DNA from: Candidatus Calditenuis fumarioli
Lineage (GTDB): Archaea > Thermoproteota > Nitrososphaeria_A > Caldarchaeales > Calditenuaceae
DNA: 64,000 nt
Reading direction: 5' to 3'
Assembly: GCA_030059665.1 (NCBI GenBank)
Contig: JANVYR010000002.1
Location: 64,001-128,000 of the forward strand
Each line of letters opens with the position of its first letter. Position 1 is the stretch's first letter. Below, in pieces: positions 8,726 through 16,409 of this stretch. Both the position numbers and the translations under genes were made by a program. Under the pieces are notes generated by a model. That model was not told the origin of the DNA, searched no databases, and worked only from the letters and a program-made list of their open reading frames with translations.

Positions 8726-9817
8726 ATGCCTTATGAACCTGTATTGCGATATGAGATGATAGGAATGATCGGAGAAGCAAACCAAGAACATCTCGATTGG
8801 AAGTTGAGAGAGAAGGCCATTGGGCTGTTCAGGAGACTCGAGGAGATATCAGAGCTACCGAGGTTCCAAGGAGCGACAGTAGACTTCCACCGGAAGAGGC
8901 CAGCGATGGTTTTCATAGCGGAGAAAGAGATGATAGCTCAAGTCGAGAACGAAGAACTCCTGAAGTTCATCGTCGCGCAAGGCGTCCGCCGCGTGCTGGT
9001 GGACGCCCTATGGCCGACGAACGCGGGCGTTCTGAAGCAAATTGTCGAAAGCGGGGTCGAGGTCTGGGTGCTTACCCGGCCCTCAGCCCTGCACGGATGG
9101 AGGAAAAACCACGAGGGCAAACCAAGGGGGCTTGTGGATTGGTTGCTGAAGCACCACCCACAGGTTCTGGAGGGCTTCAAGCAAGGGATAAAGAAGGATA
9201 CATTCGATGCAATTCTGTTGAGATATGTGAAGCCGAAATTCATGCGGCCTATCTCGAAAGAGCATCTGACGTCCTGGGTTAGGATGATACTCTTCCGGAC
9301 TGCCAGAAGAAACTACCAACGACTCATTAATCAACTTGAGGCTTTCGGAGAATTGTCGGAGGACGAAAGATGGAGACTCAAGATGGCTGAGGACCATTTA
9401 GTGGCGGAGGCGTTGGCTTTCGTCGATATAGTAAGAACCAACTATCCGGGGATTGACGGGTTATTCACCGAGCTCAATATAGCAGACGACGTTATCGCTA
9501 AAGCGTATTGCGCTGAGGTGTTTCTAGAACTGGACGAGCGACGGTCGCCTCATAGGGCCCGGAACTTAGCAGGACTTAGATGGAATGATGACGAAGATGA
9601 CGAAGAGCTCCTGAGGGACGGGGAATTCTCATTTGCGCTGAACCAGTTAACGGCCAAGGTGTTTGGAGTGAATCCTCAATTAGCAAGAAAAGGCTTCCGG
9701 AAAAAGGAGTGGAAGACGCTGGTGAAGATTCATAGCTTCAAGAGACGGTTGCTGATGGGGTCAGGGCCGGACGCCTCGGCGGGGGAGACCCGGGCACGGG
9801 TACTCGGGGGATATTAA
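8726..9817 (+). CDS. IS110-family-like protein (RuvC-type acidic tetrad + coiled coil + degenerate Transposase_20/Nop-like domain)
   Basis: ATVDFHRK ~ GIDVHK; RRVLVDAL ~ VVMEAT; SGVEVWVL ~ AGIEVVLV; KKDTFDAILL ~ KTDKIDARLI; AEVFLELDERRSPHRARNLAGL ~ AEIGD..RF.SA..LA.YAGL. Alternative starts 8756 and 8765. Confidence 0.65.
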   Translation: MPYEPVLRYEMIGMIGEANQEHLDWKLREKAIGLFRRLEEISELPRFQGATVDFHRKRPAMVFIAEKEMIAQVENEELLKFIVAQGVRRVLVDALWPTNAGVLKQIVESGVEVWVLTRPSALHGWRKNHEGKPRGLVDWLLKHHPQVLEGFKQGIKKDTFDAILLRYVKPKFMRPISKEHLTSWVRMILFRTARRNYQRLINQLEAFGELSEDERWRLKMAEDHLVAEALAFVDIVRTNYPGIDGLFTELNIADDVIAKAYCAEVFLELDERRSPHRARNLAGLRWNDDEDDEELLRDGEFSFALNQLTAKVFGVNPQLARKGFRKKEWKTLVKIHSFKRRLLMGSGPDASAGETRARVLGGY

Positions 9818-9824
9818 ACCGCCC

Positions 9825-9838
9825 CCGCCTTAAGGCGG
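9825..9838. repeat. Perfect 14-bp palindrome CCGCCTTAAGGCGG
   Basis: Read directly; begins 8 bp after the stop of the IS110-like ORF. Confidence 0.85.
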
Positions 9839-9878
9839 TGAGGCGTAACCTCTGAGCTTTAAACACCGGCCCGGGCCC

Positions 9879-9908
9879 CAAACGACCGAGGATCAAACGA
9901 CCGAGGAT
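9879..9908 (+). repeat. Exact tandem duplication 2 x CAAACGACCGAGGAT, with partial third copy CGAGGAT at 9912-9918
   Basis: Read directly. Confidence 0.9.
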
Positions 9909-9926
9909 GCTCGAGGATAATTACGC

Positions 9927-9975
9927 AGAGAAATAGCAGAAGAGATCAACCCCTCCCCTTATTTCTCTTTTTCCT
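9927..9975 (+). terminator. Putative terminator: 9-bp inverted repeat followed by a pyrimidine tract
   Basis: AGAGAAATA (9927-9935) pairs with TATTTCTCT (9960-9968), then TTTTCCTCTCTC. Confidence 0.45.
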
Positions 9976-10019
9976 CTCTCACGCTAAACTTTTTATGATC
10001 TGTCCTAAAAGCTGAGACC

Positions 10020-10135
10020 GGAACGACCAACGGAAAAGCGGTACCTCAGGAGTTGCGCCTGAGCAACGATATGATCGTGACGTACCTTCCTTCGGATGGA
10101 GGACAGAGCCCTCAGGACCGCACCGTAGACGGTCA
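10020..10135 (+). ncRNA. Candidate structured RNA (leader or stand-alone)
   Basis: Nested stems GGTAC/GTACC, CTCAGG/CCTGAG, ACGAT/ATCGT and GACCG/CGGTC downstream of TATA-like TTTTTAT (9990-9996). Confidence 0.45.
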
Positions 10136-10174
10136 TGGTTGGGAGAATGTTGACGAAGACGTTAATATCCCCCG

Positions 10175-10762
10175 ATGTGCGTGTTCCTTCACGGATTGCA
10201 GGGAGAGGTGATCCTCCCGCTGGAGGGGAGGAGGTTCTACGAGCTGGAGATCGAGGGTTTCAAGAGGGTCCTGCCGATGATGAAGGTCTCCGACAACCTG
10301 TACATCGCCTACTTCGACAGCCTGGGAGACCTCGAGTTCCTCTCGCACTGCGCCAGGCTCCTCGCCCAAAGGCTCGTCGGCTCCGAGGTCCTGATCACGT
10401 CCGAGACGAAGGGGGTCCCTCTTGTCCACGAGATCGCCAAGATCCTCGGTCACAGGTACTACGTCATCGCGAGGAAGCGCGTGATACCGTACATGATCGA
10501 TCCGATCGTCGTCGAGTACAAGCCCATCACCAGCAACGCTCCGCAGACCCTGACGCTCGACGGCCGGTATGTCCCGCTGATCAGGGGCAAGAAGGTCTCG
10601 ATCGTGGACGACATCGTCAGCACCCGCGAGACGATGAGGGCCCTTGAGGAGATAGTCCGGAGGGCGGGAGGCATCGTCTACAAGAAGGCCGCGATACTGG
10701 TGGAGGGCAGGGTCTACGACGACATAGAGCATCTGGGGGTGCTGCCGCTCTTCAGGGGCTGA
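10175..10762 (+). CDS. Purine phosphoribosyltransferase (APRT-like)
   Basis: TSETKGVPL and PRPP-binding IVDDIVSTRETM; true start may be GTG 10208. Confidence 0.88.
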   Translation: MCVFLHGLQGEVILPLEGRRFYELEIEGFKRVLPMMKVSDNLYIAYFDSLGDLEFLSHCARLLAQRLVGSEVLITSETKGVPLVHEIAKILGHRYYVIARKRVIPYMIDPIVVEYKPITSNAPQTLTLDGRYVPLIRGKKVSIVDDIVSTRETMRALEEIVRRAGGIVYKKAAILVEGRVYDDIEHLGVLPLFRG

Positions 10763-10926
10763 CGGAGGATCCGTCCTCCAGGCTCAGAGGCAAGCGCGAT
10801 CCTTAGAGGTTCGGCCGGTCGTCCCTCCATCCGCGCAGCTCACCCGAACGGTAGCAGACTCCGGCCCAATCCTCAAAAGCGAAGCGGGCCGCATCGGGTG
10901 GGTCAACGAGGGGAGAGGGATTGCTG

Positions 10927-11838
10927 ATGGAGCTCGTCTTCCTCGGAACCGGAGGGGGGATGCCTACGCCGGAGAGGGCACTTCCCGCGCTGGCAGTGAG
11001 GTTCGCGGGGTCGGTGCTCCTCTTCGACTGCGGTGAGGGGACGCAGCGCCAGATGGTCTCGGCGGGCCTCGGGTTCCCGTCGTCGATGTTCGTGTTCGTC
11101 ACCCACCTCCACGCCGACCACTACCTGGGCCTCGCGGGGCTGGTGGCGACGCTCGACCTGCTAAGGAGGGAGGCGCCGCTCCGCGTCTTCGGCCCGCGGG
11201 GGACTGGTGAGGTGGTGGCTCGGCTGCTGGAGGCTGCAAGACTGGAGCCGGGGTTCGACGTGGTCGTGACCGAGGTCGGCGAGGGCGTGGTGATGGAGGA
11301 GCGAGAGTTCGTCGTGGAGGCCCTGAGGACGCGCCACACGGTTGAGTCCTACGCCTACAGGCTCAGGGAGAGGGACAGGCCGGGGAGGATGCGGGTCGAG
11401 TTCCTCGAGTCGATCGGCCTCCCGAGGGGGCCTCTCTGGGGCGAGCTGCAGCGGGGCAGGCCCGTCGAGTTCCGTGGCAGGGTCATCAGGCCCGAGGAGG
11501 CGGTGGATCCTCCGAGGCGCGGAAGGGTGGTGGTCTACTCGGGTGACACGATGCCGTTCGAGGGGATGGTCTCGTTCGCGAAAGGGGCCGACGTGCTGGT
11601 CCATGAGAGCTCCTTCGACTCGTCCCTCAAGTCAAGGGCCATGGAGGACATGCACTCGACGGCGGCTGACGCCGCGGAGATCGCCCTCAGGGCCGGCGTC
11701 AGGAAGCTGGTCCTCTATCACGTCAGCTCGAGGTACAGGGGCAGGTGGGAGGTGCTGCTCGAGGAGGCGAGGAGGGTCTTCCCCGACGTGATCCTGCCCT
11801 CGGACCTAGATCGTCTTGAGGTCTCCCTGAACAGGTGA
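10927..11838 (+). CDS. rnz: Ribonuclease Z
   Basis: FLGTGG, FDCGEGTQRQ, THLHADH, flexible arm GLPRGPLWGELQRG, YSGDT, HES, HVSSRY. Confidence 0.95.
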   Translation: MELVFLGTGGGMPTPERALPALAVRFAGSVLLFDCGEGTQRQMVSAGLGFPSSMFVFVTHLHADHYLGLAGLVATLDLLRREAPLRVFGPRGTGEVVARLLEAARLEPGFDVVVTEVGEGVVMEEREFVVEALRTRHTVESYAYRLRERDRPGRMRVEFLESIGLPRGPLWGELQRGRPVEFRGRVIRPEEAVDPPRRGRVVVYSGDTMPFEGMVSFAKGADVLVHESSFDSSLKSRAMEDMHSTAADAAEIALRAGVRKLVLYHVSSRYRGRWEVLLEEARRVFPDVILPSDLDRLEVSLNR

Positions 11839-12288
11839 GCGCCTCTGCAGCGTGAACGCCTTGGGCGGCCAGGTGGAGAGGTCTATGTAGCCCTTCAGCT
11901 GCGAGAGCAGGTCGTACACCACCACCGTCCTCGGCGGCTCCCCGTCGGTGACCCTCACCACGCTCCAGTCATCCCTCACCAGCAGCCTCGAGTCCTCCTC
12001 GTCCACCGCCTCGACCGATATCTCCTGGCCCCTCCTGGCCCTTACGACGATTACGTCAGGGGGTATCGAGCCGGACCCCTTCCTCGCGACGGCCAGCCAC
12101 CTCTCCTCACCGCCCTCAATCACCCCCATCAGCCCCTCGGAGGACGTGATGGGGCCCATCGGCCTCTCGCCGGCGAGCACCGCGCCGCACGCCCTGCACT
12201 TCCACGCCTCTAGGACCTTCAGCAGCTCCTGGTCGTTGAAGACGTTGAGGGCACCCACGTACAGGAAGTCGTGGACCTTGCAGCTCAA
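11806..12288 (-). CDS. Hypothetical protein with putative Zn ligands
   Basis: Host-like codon use; CKVH and CRAC; sits between rnz and the MBL gene with no large gap. Confidence 0.6.
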   Translation of the reverse strand: MSCKVHDFLYVGALNVFNDQELLKVLEAWKCRACGAVLAGERPMGPITSSEGLMGVIEGGEERWLAVARKGSGSIPPDVIVVRARRGQEISVEAVDEEDSRLLVRDDWSVVRVTDGEPPRTVVVYDLLSQLKGYIDLSTWPPKAFTLQRRSPVQGDLKTI

Positions 12289-12290
12289 GC

Positions 12291-12965
12291 TCAGACCTCC
12301 GGCTCGAGGACCTCGACGTTCACGTTGACGAGGGACCTGAAGCGCTCCGCGTCCCTGACGGTCCCGACGATGGCTCCGAAGTGCATCGGTATCGCGAGCT
12401 TCGGTGATATCGCCTTAGCCGCCTCAGCGGCCTCCTCCGCGGTCATCACGTAGGTCCCGCTGACGGGAAGCAGTGCCACGTCCACCTGCCCCAGCTCCCT
12501 CATCTCCGGTATGAAGTCGGTGTCGCCGGCATGGTAGACGCTCACGCCTCCGATCCTGATCACGTAGCCCACACCTCCGTACTCCCTCGGGTGGAAGGGC
12601 TGACCGGGTGCCCTGAACTTGTTGACGTTGTACGCGTGGACCGCCCTGTATCCTATTCCGGCCACCTCTCCCGAGTCGCCGGGCCTGACGTACCTGACCT
12701 CCTTAGCCCTCAGGTCGCGGAGGGCCCTGCTGCAGTTCGCGGCCGCCACCACCGTCGTGCCCTCGGGGTCGACGAACCTCCTCAGGTCATCGGGCGAGCA
12801 GTGGTCGAAGTGGTCGTGCGTGACGAAGGCGACGTCCGCCTTCCTCCCCCGAGCCCTGACCTGGAACGGGTCGATGACCACCGTCCTTCCCCCTCCCTCG
12901 ATCAGGAAGCCGTCGTGTCCCAGCCAGGTGATGGTCACACCTCCGAAGGTCGCCCTGCTCGGCAC
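12291..12965 (-). CDS. Metallo-beta-lactamase-fold hydrolase (UPF0173-like)
   Basis: WLGHDGF, THDHFDHC, YHAGDTD, AIPMHFG. Confidence 0.9.
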   Translation of the reverse strand: MPSRATFGGVTITWLGHDGFLIEGGGRTVVIDPFQVRARGRKADVAFVTHDHFDHCSPDDLRRFVDPEGTTVVAAANCSRALRDLRAKEVRYVRPGDSGEVAGIGYRAVHAYNVNKFRAPGQPFHPREYGGVGYVIRIGGVSVYHAGDTDFIPEMRELGQVDVALLPVSGTYVMTAEEAAEAAKAISPKLAIPMHFGAIVGTVRDAERFRSLVNVNVEVLEPEV

Positions 12966-13008
12966 GTACCGACAACCGGATTCCTGAACTAAAAAGGCGA
13001 CGCCTCAG

Positions 13009-13272
13009 CTACCCGGTCCGTTCGCAGAGAGATTTGAGGAAGCGCTCGAGGCGCCTTATCCTGCGCTGGCCCTCATCGGGACCGAAGAGGAGCTCGTTGA
13101 AGCCCTTCAGGAACCTGACCACCTCGAAGCTCCTGTCCCATCTGGCCACCCTGCCGAGCCTGCACGAGACGTTGCCGCAGAGGAAGAGGACGGACCTCCC
13201 TACCCGCTCGAGCCTGACGTTCTCTGGCCTCAGGGTCGTGCCGCAGGGACAGAGGGGCCAGCCGTCGTCCAC
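13009..13272 (-). CDS. Small Cys-containing hypothetical protein
   Basis: LCPCG and LCGNVSC; fills the gap between MBL and tatD. Confidence 0.5.
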   Translation of the reverse strand: MDDGWPLCPCGTTLRPENVRLERVGRSVLFLCGNVSCRLGRVARWDRSFEVVRFLKGFNELLFGPDEGQRRIRRLERFLKSLCERTG

Positions 13273-13322
13273 GTCAGTCCGCCAAAATCCCCATTAATAG
13301 AACTAGCTCGAGGGTAGGACGG

Positions 13323-14069
13323 ATGCTGGTCGACGTCCACGCCCACCTCACCGATGAACGGCTACTGCCTAGGCTGAAGCAGGTCCTCTCGTCGGCCAGG
13401 GCAGCCGGGGTCGTGCGGGTGGTGACCTGCGGCGTAGGCCCCGAGGACTCGATGAGGGCTCTGGGGATCAGGGACGGCTCCGTGAGGGTCTCTCTGGGCG
13501 TGGCGCCCTACGACCTGAGGGGCTACGACCGCGTGATCGAGATCATACGCCGTAACAGGCACCTCGTCGACGCAGTAGGCGAGGTAGGCCTCGACCTTAA
13601 GGTTGGGACCAGAGAGAGTCTGCAGGAGCAGCGGAGGGCCTTCTCCGAGTTCATAGCGCTCGCCAAGGAGCTGGACCTGCCCATCGTGATACACAGCAGG
13701 AACGCCGGGAAGCTGGCGATCGAGCAGCTGCTCGCGGAGAAAGCGGAGCGGGTCGTCATGCACGCCTACGACGGCGACGTCAGCGCAGCGAAAAGGGCCG
13801 CCGAGCGGGGCTTCAAGTTCTCGATTCCACCTCGTATAGCGACCTCGGAGCAGAAGAAGGCGCTGGTCAGGAGGCTCCCGCTGGAGGCGCTGCTGCTCGA
13901 GACCGATTCGCCGTGGCTCGGGCCCGAAAGGACCACGCTCAACGAACCCAAGAACGCCTGGTACTCGGTCGAGTGGATCGCCCGGATCAAGGGCGTCAGC
14001 CCTGAGCGGGTCGTTGAGGTGACGCTGCGGAACGCCTGCGAGATTTTTGGGTGGGACGACCTGTTGTGA
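13323..14069 (+). CDS. tatD: TatD family nuclease
   Basis: VDVHAHL, VGEVGLD, IHSR, VMHAY, LLETDSPWL. Confidence 0.93.
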   Translation: MLVDVHAHLTDERLLPRLKQVLSSARAAGVVRVVTCGVGPEDSMRALGIRDGSVRVSLGVAPYDLRGYDRVIEIIRRNRHLVDAVGEVGLDLKVGTRESLQEQRRAFSEFIALAKELDLPIVIHSRNAGKLAIEQLLAEKAERVVMHAYDGDVSAAKRAAERGFKFSIPPRIATSEQKKALVRRLPLEALLLETDSPWLGPERTTLNEPKNAWYSVEWIARIKGVSPERVVEVTLRNACEIFGWDDLL

Positions 14070-14096
14070 GTGGCTGCCGTATGGAAAACCTGATCT

Positions 14097-14115
14097 ATTG
14101 GATATAATTGCCAAT
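14097..14115. promoter_or_regulatory. Inverted repeat ATTGG-N9-CCAAT overlapping a TATA-like box upstream of the ABC transporter operon
   Basis: ATTGGATATAATTGCCAAT read directly; operator role is inference. Confidence 0.35.
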
Positions 14116-14120
14116 TTTTG

Positions 14121-15401
14121 ATGAGCGGTGGTGGTGCGTTCTCGAGACCGGTCTTTGCCGCCTCCCTGGCGGTCGCGCTTCTGCTGGGCCTGGTGGCCGG
14201 GTTCCTCATCGGAGGTGGCGCTTCAGGAGGGGTCAGGACGGTAACGGCGACGAGCCTCCTCGAGCGTCGGCAGACGGTCACGGAGCAGCTGACCCTGATC
14301 CAGACGTCCACCGTCGTTCGGGAGAGCACGCTGACGGTCACCAGGACCGAGACGGTTCAGGTCGAGAGGAGGGAGCCCGAGGTCAGGTACGCCAAGTTCT
14401 TCTCCTTGGAGCGGGGCGATGGGTACTCGGTTCTCAGGGACGGGCTGAACAGGACGGTGCTGCTGGTGAGGCGCGGCCACAGCGTACCTCAGGGCGTCAA
14501 GGCGGACATCGTGGTGCAGGTGCCGGTGCAGAGGATGGTGCTGATGTCGGCCACCCACGTCGCGCTGATCGAGCGACTTAGGGAGTACGCTCCTGACGTC
14601 TGGGACCGAGTGGCCGGGATCATGTGGGGCGGTTCCTACCGGTGGTTCTTCCCCGAGGTGGAGAGGAGGCTCTCGGACGGTAAGCTCGTCGACGTGGGAG
14701 CTGCATGGTCGCCCGATTACGAGAAGCTGATCGCGCTCAAACCCGACCTGGTAGTCATCTACACCTTCGAAGGGGACCCTGTGAGGTCGAAGCTCGAGGA
14801 GCTGAAGATCCCTTACGTCGTCAACAGCGAGTACCTCGAGACCACCCTCCTCGGGAGGTTCGAGTGGATCAAGCTCTTCGGAGCCCTCCTCGGCCTCGAC
14901 GACGTCACCGCTAAGGTCTTCGACCTGGTCGAGTCGAAGTACATCCTGATCGCCCGGAAGGTCTCGGCGTCGATGGTCACATTCGGTCTCAGGCCCGTGA
15001 AGGTCGCCTGGTTCTCCATTTACAGGGGCACAATATACGTCGCCGGAGGCCAGAGCTATGTGGCCAACGCCATCGCCGACCTCAACGCGGTCTACGCCTT
15101 CCCGGACCTGCGCAGCACTGGAGGTGCACAGGTGAGCGTCGAGGACTTCGTGGCGAGGGCCCGCGACGCGGACGTCCTGGTCGTCTCAACGGACCTCCTG
15201 ACGTCCATCGAGGCGCTGACGGAGGAGTTGCCCCAGATCGCCGAGTTCAAAGCCGTCAGGGAGGGCAGGGTTTACCGTTTCAACTCCAACATCTACCAGC
15301 TGGGCTACATGGACACCGAGGGCTGGTTCCTCGACCTGGCCTCGATGCTCTACCCCGATCTCTTCCCCGGACACGAGCTCTCCTACTTCGTCGCGATGTG
15401 A
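14121..15401 (+). CDS. ABC transporter substrate-binding protein (iron-chelate/cobalamin class)
   Basis: N-terminal TM, Thr-rich linker, VPVQRMVLMSATH, EKLIALKPDLV, EWIKLFGALLG. Confidence 0.88.
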   Translation: MSGGGAFSRPVFAASLAVALLLGLVAGFLIGGGASGGVRTVTATSLLERRQTVTEQLTLIQTSTVVRESTLTVTRTETVQVERREPEVRYAKFFSLERGDGYSVLRDGLNRTVLLVRRGHSVPQGVKADIVVQVPVQRMVLMSATHVALIERLREYAPDVWDRVAGIMWGGSYRWFFPEVERRLSDGKLVDVGAAWSPDYEKLIALKPDLVVIYTFEGDPVRSKLEELKIPYVVNSEYLETTLLGRFEWIKLFGALLGLDDVTAKVFDLVESKYILIARKVSASMVTFGLRPVKVAWFSIYRGTIYVAGGQSYVANAIADLNAVYAFPDLRSTGGAQVSVEDFVARARDADVLVVSTDLLTSIEALTEELPQIAEFKAVREGRVYRFNSNIYQLGYMDTEGWFLDLASMLYPDLFPGHELSYFVAM

Positions 15402-15410
15402 GGTAGCCTC

Positions 15411-16409
15411 ATGAGGGCCTTCGCGCTGCCGCTGTTGCTGGCGTCCCTGCTGGCCTCCGTGCTGGCCTCTACGGCCATCGGTTCGGTCAGGGTTCCCCTC
15501 GACACGGTTGTGAAGGGCCTGTTGGGCATCAGGGTGGAGGGGCTCGCCTCGACCGTCATCGACCTCAGGCTCGTCAGGACTGTGGCGGCCCTCCTCTCCG
15601 GTGCCTCCCTCGGCGCCGCTGGCGCGATCCTCCAGTCCCTCTTCCGGAACCCCCTCGCCGACCCCTTCGTGCTCGGGATATCCTCGGGCTCCTCGCTCGC
15701 CATCGCGGCCACCCTCATCGCCGGAACCGGACTCGGCCTCATCAGCTCCTACGACCCCCAGGCCCTCTACGTGGCAGGTGCGCTCGGCGCTTTCGCGGTC
15801 TCCCTCGCGGTCGTCGCACTCTCCTCCCTCGTCAGGTCGAGCCTCGGGCTGGTGCTGGTGGGCGTGATGCTGGGCTACCTCGCATCAGGCCTGACGACGC
15901 TGCTGGTGGTGACCTCCGATGCCGAGAGGATCAGAGCCTTCACCTTCTGGACCCTCGGTACCTTCTCCGCCTCGAAGTGGTCGGTGCTGACGCCCGTCCT
16001 CCCGCTCGCGTTGGCCTCCCTCATCGCCTCCTCCTTCGTAGCCAAGCCCCTGAACGCCCTCCTCTTCGGCGAGGAATCGGCTGCCTCCATGGGCGTCTCC
16101 CTCCGGGCCTCCCGGGTCGGTGCGGTCGCCGTATCGGCCTCGCTCGTCAGCGCCTCCGTGGTCGTCTCGGGTCCTGTGGGCTTCATAGGCCTCGCGGCCC
16201 CACACGCCGTCCGGCTCCTCCTCCGCTCCGAGGACAACCGGGTGATCGTCCCCCTGTCAGCGGTTTTCGGCGCCAACCTCGCGATCCTCTCGGACGTCGC
16301 CGCGAGGACGCTCCTCTCTCCGATCGAGCTCCCGGTGACCGCGATCACCTCGCTCTTCGGCGCACCGACCATCGTCCTGCTGGTGCTCAGGAGGTGGGGC
16401 TTCAGGTGA
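15411..16409 (+). CDS. FecCD/BtuC family permease
   Basis: LFRNPLADPFVLGISSGS, EESAASMGV, GPVGFIGLAAPH. Confidence 0.93.
   Translation: MRAFALPLLLASLLASVLASTAIGSVRVPLDTVVKGLLGIRVEGLASTVIDLRLVRTVAALLSGASLGAAGAILQSLFRNPLADPFVLGISSGSSLAIAATLIAGTGLGLISSYDPQALYVAGALGAFAVSLAVVALSSLVRSSLGLVLVGVMLGYLASGLTTLLVVTSDAERIRAFTFWTLGTFSASKWSVLTPVLPLALASLIASSFVAKPLNALLFGEESAASMGVSLRASRVGAVAVSASLVSASVVVSGPVGFIGLAAPHAVRLLLRSEDNRVIVPLSAVFGANLAILSDVAARTLLSPIELPVTAITSLFGAPTIVLLVLRRWGFR

Larger units (their letters stand above)
8347..9975 (+). mobile_element. Putative IS110-derived element / horizontally acquired island; boundaries approximate
   Basis: Visibly AT-richer than the flanks, with many A/T-ending codons; single recombinase-like ORF between two long non-coding flanks with hairpins. 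Confidence 0.45.

Noticed and set aside
8347-10135. TIGR-type or CRISPR-type array next to the IS110-like gene
   Set aside because: I scanned both flanks by eye for 18/36-nt periodicity and regularly spaced repeats. Only a 15-bp tandem and irregularly spaced CTGA motifs are present.
8473-10135. 8-bp inverted repeat TGACCGTC / GACGGTCA as element termini
   Set aside because: Too short, does not extend, and no flanking target duplication.
10763-10920. Possible C/D-box sRNA on the minus strand between the PRTase gene and rnz
   Set aside because: Boxes are all degenerate (TGAGGA, CTGC, GATGGA, CCGA) and I could not match the guides to any rRNA or tRNA.
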